Shown here: piece by piece, positions 1 to 8,280 of the stretch | Position numbering within the stretch: position 1 is the stretch's first letter | Layout of the letters: each line of letters starts with the position of its first letter | DNA from: Armatimonadota bacterium | Lineage (GTDB): Bacteria > Armatimonadota > Hebobacteria > GCA-020354555 > CP070648 | Assembly: GCA_035527535.1 (NCBI GenBank) | Contig: DATLAK010000139.1 | Location: 1 to 62,193 of the forward strand | Direction: 5' to 3' | DNA: 62,193 nucleotides | Made by a program: the position numbers and the translations under genes | The notes under the pieces: model-generated | What the model was told of the DNA's origin: nothing | The model's input: only the letters and a program-made list of their open reading frames with translations | Database searches by the model: none

Positions 1-1
1 C

Positions 2-241
2 CCCACCGGCATCACCGCGGGCATCGCCGAGGCCCTGATCGCCACCGCCACCGGCCTCGTGATCGCGATCTACAGCCTGGTCGCGTACAACTACTTCCTC
101 GACCGCGTGAAGCACCTGGTCTCGGAGATGGAGGTGCGGGCAACCCAGCTCGCCAACACGCTCGCGGAACGTCGAGGGACGGTGGCACAGGCGGCGCGCG
201 ATCTCAGCGACGCCGAGAAGCTGGCGGCCATCGTTTCGTGA
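2..241 (+). CDS. exbB: MotA/TolQ/ExbB proton-channel protein, C-terminal part (5' end lies outside the window)
   Basis: Frame 2 is open from the window edge. PTGITAGIAEALIATATGLVIAIYSLVAYNYF matches the conserved last TM helix of the MotA/TolQ/ExbB family. exbD and tonB follow directly. Confidence 0.8.
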   Translation, partial: PTGITAGIAEALIATATGLVIAIYSLVAYNYFLDRVKHLVSEMEVRATQLANTLAERRGTVAQAARDLSDAEKLAAIVS

Positions 242-260
242 ATGACCGCGGAGGACGGTT

Positions 261-662
261 ATGCGACTGCCTCGCCAAGACTATAGGCGCGCGCGCCTCG
301 AGATCATCCCCATGATCGACACCGTCTTCTTCCTGCTGGTGTTCTTCATGGTGGCAAGCTTGAGCATGACCCTCGAGCGGGGCATGCGCGTGAACCTGCC
401 GCGCGCGCGGGCGGCGCAACGAGAGGCCCTGACCAAGGTGACCGTCAGCCTCACCCGCGACGGCAAGTTCTACGTTGACCAGCAGCCGACGAGCCCCGGG
501 GCGCTGGCGCCGGCACTGCGCCGGCGCATCGCGGACAACCCGCAAGTCGTGGTCGTCATCAACGCCGACGAGCGCGTCGAGCATGGCCGCGTGATAGCGG
601 TGATGGACGCGGCAAAGCAGGCCGGCGCGGCGCGGATGGCTATCGCCACGCGCGGCGGCTGA
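261..662 (+). CDS. exbD: ExbD/TolR biopolymer transport protein
   Basis: 133 aa. N-terminal LEIIPMIDTVFFLLVFFM TM segment and VVVINADERVEHGRVIAVMDAAKQAG C-terminal motif are typical of ExbD. Sits between exbB and tonB. Confidence 0.85.
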   Translation: MRLPRQDYRRARLEIIPMIDTVFFLLVFFMVASLSMTLERGMRVNLPRARAAQREALTKVTVSLTRDGKFYVDQQPTSPGALAPALRRRIADNPQVVVVINADERVEHGRVIAVMDAAKQAGAARMAIATRGG

Positions 663-676
663 CAGCGGCTCCTGCC

Positions 677-1717
677 ATGGCGGCGATCACCCTCGATAGT
701 CCGGAGGCACGGACGACGCGCGAAGCGGCGGTCAGCCGGCGCGTGATGCGTTGGGCTCTCGGCGCCTCGCTGGTCGTTCATGCGGCAGCATTGTTCGTGA
801 TCTCGTTCATGCATTTCGCCCCACCGCTGCCGGCTGGCGGCCCCCGCCTGATCGAGGTCAAGCTCGTGCAGGCTGCGCCGGTGGTTGCACCACCGGCGAC
901 CGCGCGAGCGCCGGCGCGGGTAGTCGAACCGTCGCCGGCACCTTCGGCGTCACCCGAGCCGGAACCGGTATCGCGTCGTCCCCCTCGGGTTGCCGGCAGA
1001 CCTGCGGTCACGGCAGGCACTGCGGGATCCGCGGCTCGCGCGGACCAGCCCCCGCGTAGGACGTCTCCTAGGGCGGCGGCAGGAACAGGCGCCGTTTCCC
1101 GCGCGCCGACAACTGCGGCGCGCGAGCCGGTCGCTGCCGCTGCCGTCGTCGCAGCGCCGCGGCCGCTCCCGTCGAGCGGCAGTGACGGACAGCCTGCTAC
1201 CGCGGGCGGTGGAGACGTGGGGCTCGGCTCCGGCAGCCGGCAGGGAGACCTGCCGGGAGCGGGCGGCGGCGGGTCGGGAGAGGTCGCGGGTGCAGGGAGC
1301 GGCTCCGGAGCAGGCCCCGGGCCCGGTTCCGGCAGCGGCGGCGCCTCCGGCGGGGGCGATGGCGGAGCAGGGGCAACCGGGTCGAGCGCGAGCGGCGGCG
1401 GGGCGGCAAGCGGCGGCGGCGGCAGCCACGTGTCGCGCCTGGCGGATCGTACGCTGCCGGCGCTGGTGCGGCGCGTCAACCCGCTGTATCCGGTGGCGGC
1501 CCAGGTGGAGGGGGTACAGGGTTCGGTCAAGCTGCGAGTCACGGTCACCAAGGAGGGCAAGGTCAGTGCGGTGAAGGTCGTCACCTCGTCGGGGGACGCA
1601 AGGCTCGACGGCGCCGCGATAAGTGCGGTGAAGCAGTGGCGCTACCGGCCGGCGGTGCAGGATGGAATGCCGCGGGAGGTGGCTACCTACGCGACTCTCA
1701 CCTTCTCCCTCGAGTAG
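677..1717 (+). CDS. tonB: TonB family energy transducer with a long Pro/Ala and Gly/Ser-rich linker
   Basis: N-terminal TM helix, low-complexity linker, and a C-terminal TonB_C domain (NPLYPVAAQVEGVQGSVKLRVTVTKEGKV ... AISAVKQWRYRPAVQDG). Confidence 0.85.
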   Translation: MAAITLDSPEARTTREAAVSRRVMRWALGASLVVHAAALFVISFMHFAPPLPAGGPRLIEVKLVQAAPVVAPPATARAPARVVEPSPAPSASPEPEPVSRRPPRVAGRPAVTAGTAGSAARADQPPRRTSPRAAAGTGAVSRAPTTAAREPVAAAAVVAAPRPLPSSGSDGQPATAGGGDVGLGSGSRQGDLPGAGGGGSGEVAGAGSGSGAGPGPGSGSGGASGGGDGGAGATGSSASGGGAASGGGGSHVSRLADRTLPALVRRVNPLYPVAAQVEGVQGSVKLRVTVTKEGKVSAVKVVTSSGDARLDGAAISAVKQWRYRPAVQDGMPREVATYATLTFSLE

Positions 1718-1833
1718 GCATCGTGGTCGAGTTTGCGCCCATGGCGGCGCCATTTGCATATCACAAAGCAGCCCAAATGCGGTAGATACCTACGCTAACA
1801 ACAAGTCCCATATCCAGCAATGAGGAGGCAGCT

Positions 1834-4374
1834 ATGCTCCGCAGTCCATGGCCGACAGTGTTACTGGCGGCCTTCATCGTCGTCGGGTTGGCAGTAAGCG
1901 CAGGCGCGGTCGTCACCACCGGGATACTCGAGGGCCGCGTCAGCGACGGCGCTACGGGATCGCCGCTGGTCGGCGTCAACATCAGCATCGAGGGCAGCAG
2001 CCTGACCACCGTCACCGGCGCCGACGGCAAGTTTATCATCACCAACATCCCGCCGGGCACCTATGACGTGCGCGCCAGCCTGGTGGGCTATGTGGACGCC
2101 GTCAGCACCGGAGTGCTGATCCTGCAGGAGCAGACCGCGGGCTGCGATTTCGCCCTCGAAGCGACAGTGCTGGAGGTGCCTGGGGCCGAAGCCAAGGTCA
2201 CCGCGGCGCAATTGCAGGTGCGCCCGGCGGTGACGGCAACCGCGTACACCGTATCGGCCGAGGACGAGCAATCAACCCGCGGGCAGCCCATGGATCTCTA
2301 TCAGTTCCCGGGCCTGGTGTTCGGGCAGCCGGGCGCGGTGCCGGACGCCATCGGCTACCCGCGCATTCGCGGCGCGCGCGAGGACCAGATCGGATACATG
2401 CTGGAGGGCATCCCCATCGTCGAGCCCAACAACAACGTCTTCGCCACCAACATCGTCACCGTCGGCCTCGACCGCATGGAGCTGTTCACCGGCGGCTACC
2501 CGGCCTCCTATCCCGGCTATGTCGGCGGCGTCATCAACCAGGTTATCAAGCGCGGCGACCAGGTGCGGGGCGGATTTGTGGATACCAGTTTCGGCAGCCC
2601 GTGGGATTACCGCAACCTGATCCTGGAGAAAGGCCGCGTGGACGGGCCCTGGAACTGGTATTTCCAGAGCGTGATGTGGCGCAGTGAGTTCCCCGACAAC
2701 AACTTCGTCAAGTCGTGCGAGGGCTCGTCCGACGCCATCCTCAAGGCCATCTACACCATCGGCGCCGACGACCAGTTGACGCTGGTGGCCAACCACGGCT
2801 ACGCCCTTTACCGGTTCCCCTTCTCGCACACCGAGACGTTCAATCCCGACACCGGCCTCTTCGTCCCGGTGGCCGAAACCAGTGACTTCGGCCGCCAGGG
2901 GTACGGTCTGGAAGCGGTGACCTGGAGCCACACCCTCAGCCCCAAGGCATTCTACACCGTGCGCGGCTACCGGCTGGAGAACTGGCTGCGGGTTGATCTC
3001 AGCTCGCCCGAGCAGGGGTTCTGGCAGGACCGCCGGCAGCGCGCCTACGGCCTGCAGTTGAACTACACCGGCCAGGTCGCGCGCAACCACTTGCTCTACG
3101 GCGGCGCGTGGCACATCTGGGGCGACAACAACATGCTGGCCGCGGGCTTCATGCCGCCGATCTTCCCGCCGGTGCTGGAGTACGAGGCGCGCAACGACAC
3201 GCGCAACCTCCAGGCCTACATCGGCGACCGCTGGCGGGCGAACGACAAGCTGACGCTGGACCTGGGCGTGCGTCACGATCGCATGACCTATGACCGCACC
3301 CCGGTCGCGCAGCTCGATCTCAGCCAGACCAGCCCGCGCGCGGGCCTGACCTACGCGCTGGCAGACTCGCTGCTGGTGCGGGGGTCGTGGGGCAAGTACG
3401 CGCAGATGCCTCCCGCCAAGTACACCCACTGGACCTTCATTGACCGCGGCCTGACCGCGCCCATACCCGACTACTTCGGCGATATGACCCAGGGGCAGAT
3501 CTTCCCGCTGCTCTTGGCCGAGGCCAGCCCCCTGCGCCCGCAGGTTGACACCTCGTTCGATCTCGGCCTCGAGGCGCGGCTGTCCCCGAACGTGCTGCTC
3601 GACGCTACCTACTTCGAGCGCGACAGTGGGGATATGGTGCAGCGCTGGAATGGCGCGAGCGACGCCGCCTTCGATCCGCGCGAGCCCAAGCGCTACGCCT
3701 CCAACGGGCACGGCGTCGCCCGCGGCGTGGAGGCCAAGCTGCAGCGGCGCCTGGCTCATGATTGGGAGGGCTGGCTGAGCTATACCTACATGCGCGCGCG
3801 CGCGACCTCGCCCCAAGCCAACGCTTATCCGCTCGGCCTCGATTTCGGCGATCTCGACGCCGAGTACTACATGCCCTGGGATCAGCGCCATACCGCCGCG
3901 TTGGTGCTCAATCACAAGCGCGGCCGGTGGGAATTCAACCCGTGGCTGAGCTACGGCAGCGGCTACGCCTACGGGCAGAGCGGGCTCGACCTCGGAGGGC
4001 CGGACTACCAGCACGTGACCATGTTCACGTCGCAAGGCGTGCCCTACGACGTGCCTATTCTCGTCAGCGGCCAACTGCAGCCGGCCGACCCCGACGCCCT
4101 GCGTACCGGCAGCCATTGGCTGTTCAGCCTCAACCTGCGGTATCAGGTAACGGAGGACCAGGAGGTCTATGTGGCGCTGCAGAACCTGCTGGGCACGCAC
4201 ACCGCGACCAATCTGGCGTGGTACGACAAGAACACCGGCGAGGTACTGCCGGGCGCCTACGTCCCGCCCGCGGCGGGCGATCCGGGGCCGGGCAACACCG
4301 GCAACATCCAGTACGTGCCCTACACCACCACGCCGCCCTTCTTCGCCGCCATCGGCATCAGGCAGAAGTTCTGA
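1834..4374 (+). CDS. TonB-dependent outer-membrane receptor with N-terminal carboxypeptidase-regulatory-like domain
   Basis: Signal peptide, then a CarboxypepD_reg-like segment (GRVSDGATGSPLVGVNISIEG...TGADGKFIITNIPPGTYDV). Plug region (RIRGAREDQIGYMLEGIPI), long beta-barrel and terminal Phe. GAGGAGG RBS 6 nt upstream. Confidence 0.85.
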   Translation: MLRSPWPTVLLAAFIVVGLAVSAGAVVTTGILEGRVSDGATGSPLVGVNISIEGSSLTTVTGADGKFIITNIPPGTYDVRASLVGYVDAVSTGVLILQEQTAGCDFALEATVLEVPGAEAKVTAAQLQVRPAVTATAYTVSAEDEQSTRGQPMDLYQFPGLVFGQPGAVPDAIGYPRIRGAREDQIGYMLEGIPIVEPNNNVFATNIVTVGLDRMELFTGGYPASYPGYVGGVINQVIKRGDQVRGGFVDTSFGSPWDYRNLILEKGRVDGPWNWYFQSVMWRSEFPDNNFVKSCEGSSDAILKAIYTIGADDQLTLVANHGYALYRFPFSHTETFNPDTGLFVPVAETSDFGRQGYGLEAVTWSHTLSPKAFYTVRGYRLENWLRVDLSSPEQGFWQDRRQRAYGLQLNYTGQVARNHLLYGGAWHIWGDNNMLAAGFMPPIFPPVLEYEARNDTRNLQAYIGDRWRANDKLTLDLGVRHDRMTYDRTPVAQLDLSQTSPRAGLTYALADSLLVRGSWGKYAQMPPAKYTHWTFIDRGLTAPIPDYFGDMTQGQIFPLLLAEASPLRPQVDTSFDLGLEARLSPNVLLDATYFERDSGDMVQRWNGASDAAFDPREPKRYASNGHGVARGVEAKLQRRLAHDWEGWLSYTYMRARATSPQANAYPLGLDFGDLDAEYYMPWDQRHTAALVLNHKRGRWEFNPWLSYGSGYAYGQSGLDLGGPDYQHVTMFTSQGVPYDVPILVSGQLQPADPDALRTGSHWLFSLNLRYQVTEDQEVYVALQNLLGTHTATNLAWYDKNTGEVLPGAYVPPAAGDPGPGNTGNIQYVPYTTTPPFFAAIGIRQKF

Positions 4375-4413
4375 GCCGCCGCGCACGCGGCGCGAATAAG
4401 ACAGGACGAACTA

Positions 4414-4441
4414 CGCGGCCCGCTTCTCCGAGCGGGCCGCG
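4414..4441 (+). terminator. GC-rich hairpin about 40 nt after the receptor stop (putative intrinsic terminator, no U-tract)
   Basis: CGCGGCCCGC / GCGGGCCGCG 10-bp perfect stem with an 8-nt loop, read directly. Confidence 0.4.
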
Positions 4442-4530
4442 CGGCACCCCGGTCGCGCTTCACCGGCTTCAGGTCAGCCACAGGGCCTCGCGCATCACGG
4501 CAGTGGCGGCGCGAAGCACCGACCTGTGTA

Positions 4531-4552
4531 GCACAGCCGCCCCCGGCTGTGT
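4531..4552. repeat. REP-type hairpin, family CACAGCCG-N3/4-CGGCTGTG (copy 1 of 3)
   Basis: CACAGCCG cccc CGGCTGTG. The same arms recur at 59517-59535 and 62027-62046. Confidence 0.7.
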
Positions 4553-4863
4553 CAGCGCCGCCGTCGCCGCGCCGAGGGAACAGGCGAGGCTGACTGAATT
4601 CTCCCCCTCATCAAGGGCTTGTGATTACCCACATCTTCTTTGCGGAAGGGGCCAGTGACGGCCAGGGTGGCCGTCCTCCAACGGTGGAGGCCGGCTCCAC
4701 TGAGCCGGCTAGTGACCCGTCATGCCGGAGGCGAACCGGTCTGCATCTGGTCGCGCCCTGACAGGTCGGGACGCGAGGAACTCGCGACCCCGTGGGACTT
4801 ATGGGGCCGCGCGCCCGAGGGCGATCCCTACTCTGCGCGAACACACCCGCTGCAGCCTGCCAT

Positions 4864-4892
4864 TTGACGTCCGGCGCGGCTGGCCGTAAACT
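4864..4892 (+). promoter_or_regulatory. sigma70-like promoter for the AAC(3)-like gene
   Basis: TTGACG (4864-4869), 17-nt spacer, TAAACT (4887-4892). GAGGAGG RBS at 4904-4910. Confidence 0.45.
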
Positions 4893-4916
4893 GCCCTCTG
4901 CGTGAGGAGGGAAGCC

Positions 4917-5741
4917 GTGGTGACCGTGCAGGACATCACCAGTGCCGTGCAGCGGATGGGCCTCTCTGGGCTCCCGCTCTGCGTGCACGCGTCTCTGCGC
5001 TCGTTCGGCCGGGTAGATGGAGGCGCGTCGGCTGTCGTCGCCGGTCTCCTCGGCAAGGGCTGCACCGTCCTGGTCCCCACCTTCTCGTGGACTTTCGCTG
5101 TGCCGCCTCCCGCCAGGTTCCGGCGACCGCGGAATGCGTGGGACTATGATGACAAGTTCGAACCCTCCTCTGCGGGAGAGGGACGCATCTTCACGCCTGA
5201 CTCCAATGAGATCGACGTTGAGGACATGGGTGCGATACCCGCGAGTGTCATCGCCATGCCGGAGCGCGTCCGTGGGTGCCATCCTCTCTGCTCCTTCTCG
5301 GCCATCGGCCCGCTGGCGGCGCGGTTGGTGTCGGGACAAACACCGCTGCACGTCTGGGCGCCCCTGGAGGCCTTGGCAGAAGCTGGAGGTTCTGTCGTGC
5401 TCATGGGGGTGGGCTTGGAGAAGATGACTCTCCTGCACCTTGCCGAACAGACGGCGGGGCGCAATCCATTCCGCCGGTGGGCCAACGGTACCGACGGCGA
5501 CCCAATTGAGGTCGAGGCAGGCGGCTGTTCTGACGGGTTCGGAAACTTGCTCCCGGTGCTCCGACCTCTGCAGAGTGAATGCAAAGTGGGCACCAGCCGC
5601 TGGCTGATCTTCCCTGTCTCGGCGACATTGGAGGCGGTCACCGCAGCGATTCGCGCCGATCCGATGATCACCCACTGTCCCAAGCCGGACTGCGGGCGCT
5701 GCAACGACGCTGCGCAGGGCGGCCCGGTACTCGATGATTGA
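4917..5741 (+). CDS. AAC(3)-family (Antibiotic_NAT fold) N-acetyltransferase
   Basis: LCVHASLRSFGRVDGGASAVVAGLL..GCTVLVPTFSW, GAIPASV, HPLCSFSAIGP and VVLMGVGLEKMTLLHLAEQ follow the AAC(3) family pattern. Start moved from the ORF-track 4902 to GTG 4917, 6 nt after the GAGGAGG RBS. Confidence 0.7.
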   Translation: MVTVQDITSAVQRMGLSGLPLCVHASLRSFGRVDGGASAVVAGLLGKGCTVLVPTFSWTFAVPPPARFRRPRNAWDYDDKFEPSSAGEGRIFTPDSNEIDVEDMGAIPASVIAMPERVRGCHPLCSFSAIGPLAARLVSGQTPLHVWAPLEALAEAGGSVVLMGVGLEKMTLLHLAEQTAGRNPFRRWANGTDGDPIEVEAGGCSDGFGNLLPVLRPLQSECKVGTSRWLIFPVSATLEAVTAAIRADPMITHCPKPDCGRCNDAAQGGPVLDD

Positions 5742-5760
5742 GCACCCTGGGCGAAGGGCG

Positions 5761-5788
5761 GCGCAGACCCCGCCGCGGCTGAGCGGGG
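5761..5788 (+). repeat. 28-nt repeat GCGCAGRCCCCGCCGCGGCTGAGCGGGG (copy 1), containing a short hairpin
   Basis: 27 of 28 nt identical to 6402-6429 in the same orientation. CCCCGC/GCGGGG stem. Confidence 0.7.
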
Positions 5789-5828
5789 CCTGTCACGCAG
5801 ATGCTATCCGAGCGAGCGCGATGCCCGA

Positions 5829-6341
5829 CTACTCGCTGCCCAGATTCTTTCGCAGATACACGGCCTCCTCTGCGTGGCGCGTACCGTGCTGGTCAGGCAG
5901 AAGCCAATACGCCTCCACGACGCCATGTCCCCAGTCTCGGTAGCCCAGCCGCTTGTAGAGGGAGCGCGCCCGCGTATTTTCGGGGTCCACCCCCACGCAC
6001 ACTTCCCGGAACCCGCGCTCGCGAGCCTTCTGCTCGGCGGCAGCGATCAGTCGCGTCCCAATGCCCCGGGATTGGTACTGGGGCAGGACGGCAATGCCGT
6101 TCAACTCAGGACACCCGGCGAGGTGCTGCTGCGCGCTCGGAGAATCCTCCGCCGCCTGCCACCAGAGATCCAGGTGTCCCACAGGAGCTTCTGCCAGCCA
6201 GGCGATTAGATAGACGCTGTGCCCATCCTGCTGCCTCGCGTAGCGAAAGGCGTGAACGTGAGAGTCGCCTGATGAGAATTGGCGAGCCAGTGGGACTATA
6301 TCCCGTTCGCGACAAGTCCGAATGCGTAGGTCATCGTGCAT
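5829..6341 (-). CDS. GNAT family N-acetyltransferase
   Basis: Acetyl-CoA binding motif LNGIAVLPQYQSRGIGTRLI..AEQKARERGF and SLYKRLGY. Start set at ATG 6341 (GGAG 7 nt upstream); the ORF track extends to 6395. Confidence 0.8.
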   Translation of the reverse strand: MHDDLRIRTCRERDIVPLARQFSSGDSHVHAFRYARQQDGHSVYLIAWLAEAPVGHLDLWWQAAEDSPSAQQHLAGCPELNGIAVLPQYQSRGIGTRLIAAAEQKARERGFREVCVGVDPENTRARSLYKRLGYRDWGHGVVEAYWLLPDQHGTRHAEEAVYLRKNLGSE

Positions 6342-6401
6342 GGTGCGACTCCGGTCAAGTGATTCGTCTCGTTTGCGCTCTCGACCTGCCGCCATGCCGT
6401 G

Positions 6402-6429
6402 GCGCAGGCCCCGCCGCGGCTGAGCGGGG
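6402..6429 (+). repeat. 28-nt repeat GCGCAGRCCCCGCCGCGGCTGAGCGGGG (copy 2)
   Basis: Direct repeat of 5761-5788. The two copies bracket the GNAT gene. Confidence 0.7.
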
Positions 6430-6458
6430 GGTGTCCTCCTGATTCTGCCGCGGCTGCC

Positions 6459-6566
6459 CTACTTGGTGAGCGCGTCCAGCCACCAGGCGAACACGGGCCC
6501 CGATGGAATCGGGGCTCCTTTGGTGAGAGCTGACCCGAGGGTCTCTGTCCACAGCGACCTCTCGTT
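6459..6566 (-). repeat. Conserved segment A1: gene 3'-end remnant or short ORF ending ...GAPIPSGPVFAWWLDALTK*
   Basis: About 70 nt core shared with 7989-8096. Differences are mostly third-codon positions on the minus strand and both copies stop at the same aligned codon. Contains hairpin GCCCCGAT gga ATCGGGGC. Confidence 0.55.
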
Positions 6567-6751
6567 CAGCTGTCTCAGCCCCAGTGACCCCGGCCTCGAC
6601 TCCTTGCCTCCGTCTCGCCGCAAATGGACGTCACATCTGCGTAGTGCTACCCTGGATGGGGTTCTCCCCCGCCTTGCGGGGGCTGCCCACAATTTTCGGC
6701 TCCGTGTCGAGTGCGGAATGTAACCTTTCATGGCAGATCTTCGGCTATCTA

Positions 6752-7858
6752 ATGGAGAATGAGATCGTGCCAGCCCAGCGATCAGACGGCGAACTAGTGG
6801 ACGCAACCCTGTCGGGCGATCACGACGCTTTCGGCGAACTGGTCGCCCGCTACCAGGACGCTGTCTTTGGGGTTGCCTTCCACCTAGTGGGGGACTTCGA
6901 GGAGGCAAGAGACATCGCCCAGGAGGCGTTTATCAATGCCTACGTGCAGCTTCCCACGCTACGGAGCCCGGACCGGTTCGGGCGCTGGCTTTTCCGGATT
7001 GCCAGCGCGAGAGCTATCGATACCTTGCGCCGACGTGAGCATGAACTGGTCGTCGCCGACGTTCAGCCCCGAACGGACCAGCGACTCACCCAGGAAGCCC
7101 CAGTTCAGCTCGATCTTGCGTGTCAGCTACGCCAAGCGTTGGCAGTTCTGAGCAAGCCGACCCGGCTGGCGGTCATTCTCCACTACGTCGATGGCTACTC
7201 GCACAACGAGGTTGCGCAGTTTATCGGCATCTCGGCAGGTGCAGTCAAGGTGCGCCTGAGCAGAGCGAGAGCTCGCATGCGAAAGGAGATCACAGAGATG
7301 GTTGCAGAAGGACTGCAGGGCGGCTCACCAGGACCTGAGTTCGCGAAGATGACTGTGGAGCGGCTCAGGACGAAAGCATGGGGTCTCTTCAAAGGGAGCG
7401 ACCGGGAGAGCAAGGATTACCGGCGAGCGTACGCGGCATACACCCAACTTCGGTCGAAGGCCTCCGACCCGCAGACTGCTGCGGAAGCCCAGATGATGGC
7501 AGGTATCTGCCTGCTGAACTCCGGACGCTTCCAAGAGGCAATCGACGCGTTCTGGGACGCGATTCGCTCATACCCGGAGCACGTGGATTCGCCCTTGCTG
7601 GCTTACCTGGCGGACGCCTATGAGCAAGCCGGCGAGCACGAGAAATCGCTCTGCTGGCGCGGCACGATTCTGGCCCACGAGGAAGGCGATCCCTATCGTT
7701 GGCCTGCGGAGAGTGCGCACTTCTGGATGGCCCGCTGCCTGGAAGAACTGAAGCTGCGGTCACTGGCACAGAAAGGGTACGAGGGTTACCTCTCGCGGTA
7801 CCCAGACGGCCGGTGGGCGGCTGAGTCTCACGCTGGTTTGCAGCGCACTGCCGAATGA
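6752..7858 (+). CDS. ECF-type sigma-70 family factor with a roughly 190-aa C-terminal TPR-like extension
   Basis: Region 2 (FGELVARYQDAVFGVAFHLVGDFEEARDIAQEAFINAY) and region 4 (LAVILHYVDGYSHNEVAQFIGISAGAVKVRLSRARARMRKE). These are followed by helical repeat sequence (FQEAIDAFWDAIRSYPE, LADAYEQAGEHEKS, YEGYLSRYPDGRWAAES). Start set at ATG 6752 (MENEIV). Confidence 0.8.
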   Translation: MENEIVPAQRSDGELVDATLSGDHDAFGELVARYQDAVFGVAFHLVGDFEEARDIAQEAFINAYVQLPTLRSPDRFGRWLFRIASARAIDTLRRREHELVVADVQPRTDQRLTQEAPVQLDLACQLRQALAVLSKPTRLAVILHYVDGYSHNEVAQFIGISAGAVKVRLSRARARMRKEITEMVAEGLQGGSPGPEFAKMTVERLRTKAWGLFKGSDRESKDYRRAYAAYTQLRSKASDPQTAAEAQMMAGICLLNSGRFQEAIDAFWDAIRSYPEHVDSPLLAYLADAYEQAGEHEKSLCWRGTILAHEEGDPYRWPAESAHFWMARCLEELKLRSLAQKGYEGYLSRYPDGRWAAESHAGLQRTAE

Positions 7859-7988
7859 GCTGGTGCCAAGTCGACCGCGGAGATTGAGTGAGAGCGTGGC
7901 GGCTTCGCGTTCATGGCGCTCACTTGGTGCGAACACGTTCTTGCGAGGCCGCCACGCGCGCTCATACGGGCGACAGTTGGTCTGGAAA

Positions 7989-8096
7989 TCACTCCGTCAG
8001 CGCGTCCAGCCCCCAGACGAAGACTGGCCCCGATGGAATCGGGGCTCCTCCGCGGAGAGCCGGCTCAGTTTCACCCGCTCGCCAGAGGCGAGCAAC
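7989..8096 (-). repeat. Conserved segment A2: paralogous remnant ending ...GAPIPSGPVFVWGLDALTE*
   Basis: Hand alignment with 6459-6566. No start codon in frame nearby, so it is absent from the ORF track. Confidence 0.55.
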
Positions 8097-8230
8097 CCTC
8101 AGGCGGGCAAGCTTCTGCACTCCGAGATCGCCCAGGACCGTGGCTGCCACCGGCTGGTAGGACTCGCTGGTGGTCGAAGCATCCCTCGCGCAAACAGGTG
8201 TGAACGCAAGAAGTGGGGAGCACCCTTGGG

Positions 8231-8280
8231 CGCGCCCCGACTCGTCGGGGCGCGAATCGCGACTTCAATAGGAAGTCGCG
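8231..8280. repeat. Two adjacent perfect hairpins; the first belongs to REP family CCCCGAC-N3/4-GTCGGGG
   Basis: CGCGCCCCGA ctcg TCGGGGCGCG (8231-8254) and CGCGACTTC aatag GAAGTCGCG (8258-8280). Related hairpins at 26355-26374 and 59562-59582. Confidence 0.65.

Noticed and set aside
2272-4386. 704-aa ORF on the minus strand. Similar long shadow ORFs are 9519-10634(-), 15145-16656(-), 18262-19767(-), 28357-29442(-), 34084-35424(+), 50733-52076(-), 52705-54120(-), 54821-56263(-), 56429-57895(-) and 59418-60569(+).
   Set aside because: All lie antisense to genes with clear family motifs and have Arg/Ala/Gly/Pro-dominated, motif-free translations typical of stop-poor alternative frames in very GC-rich DNA.
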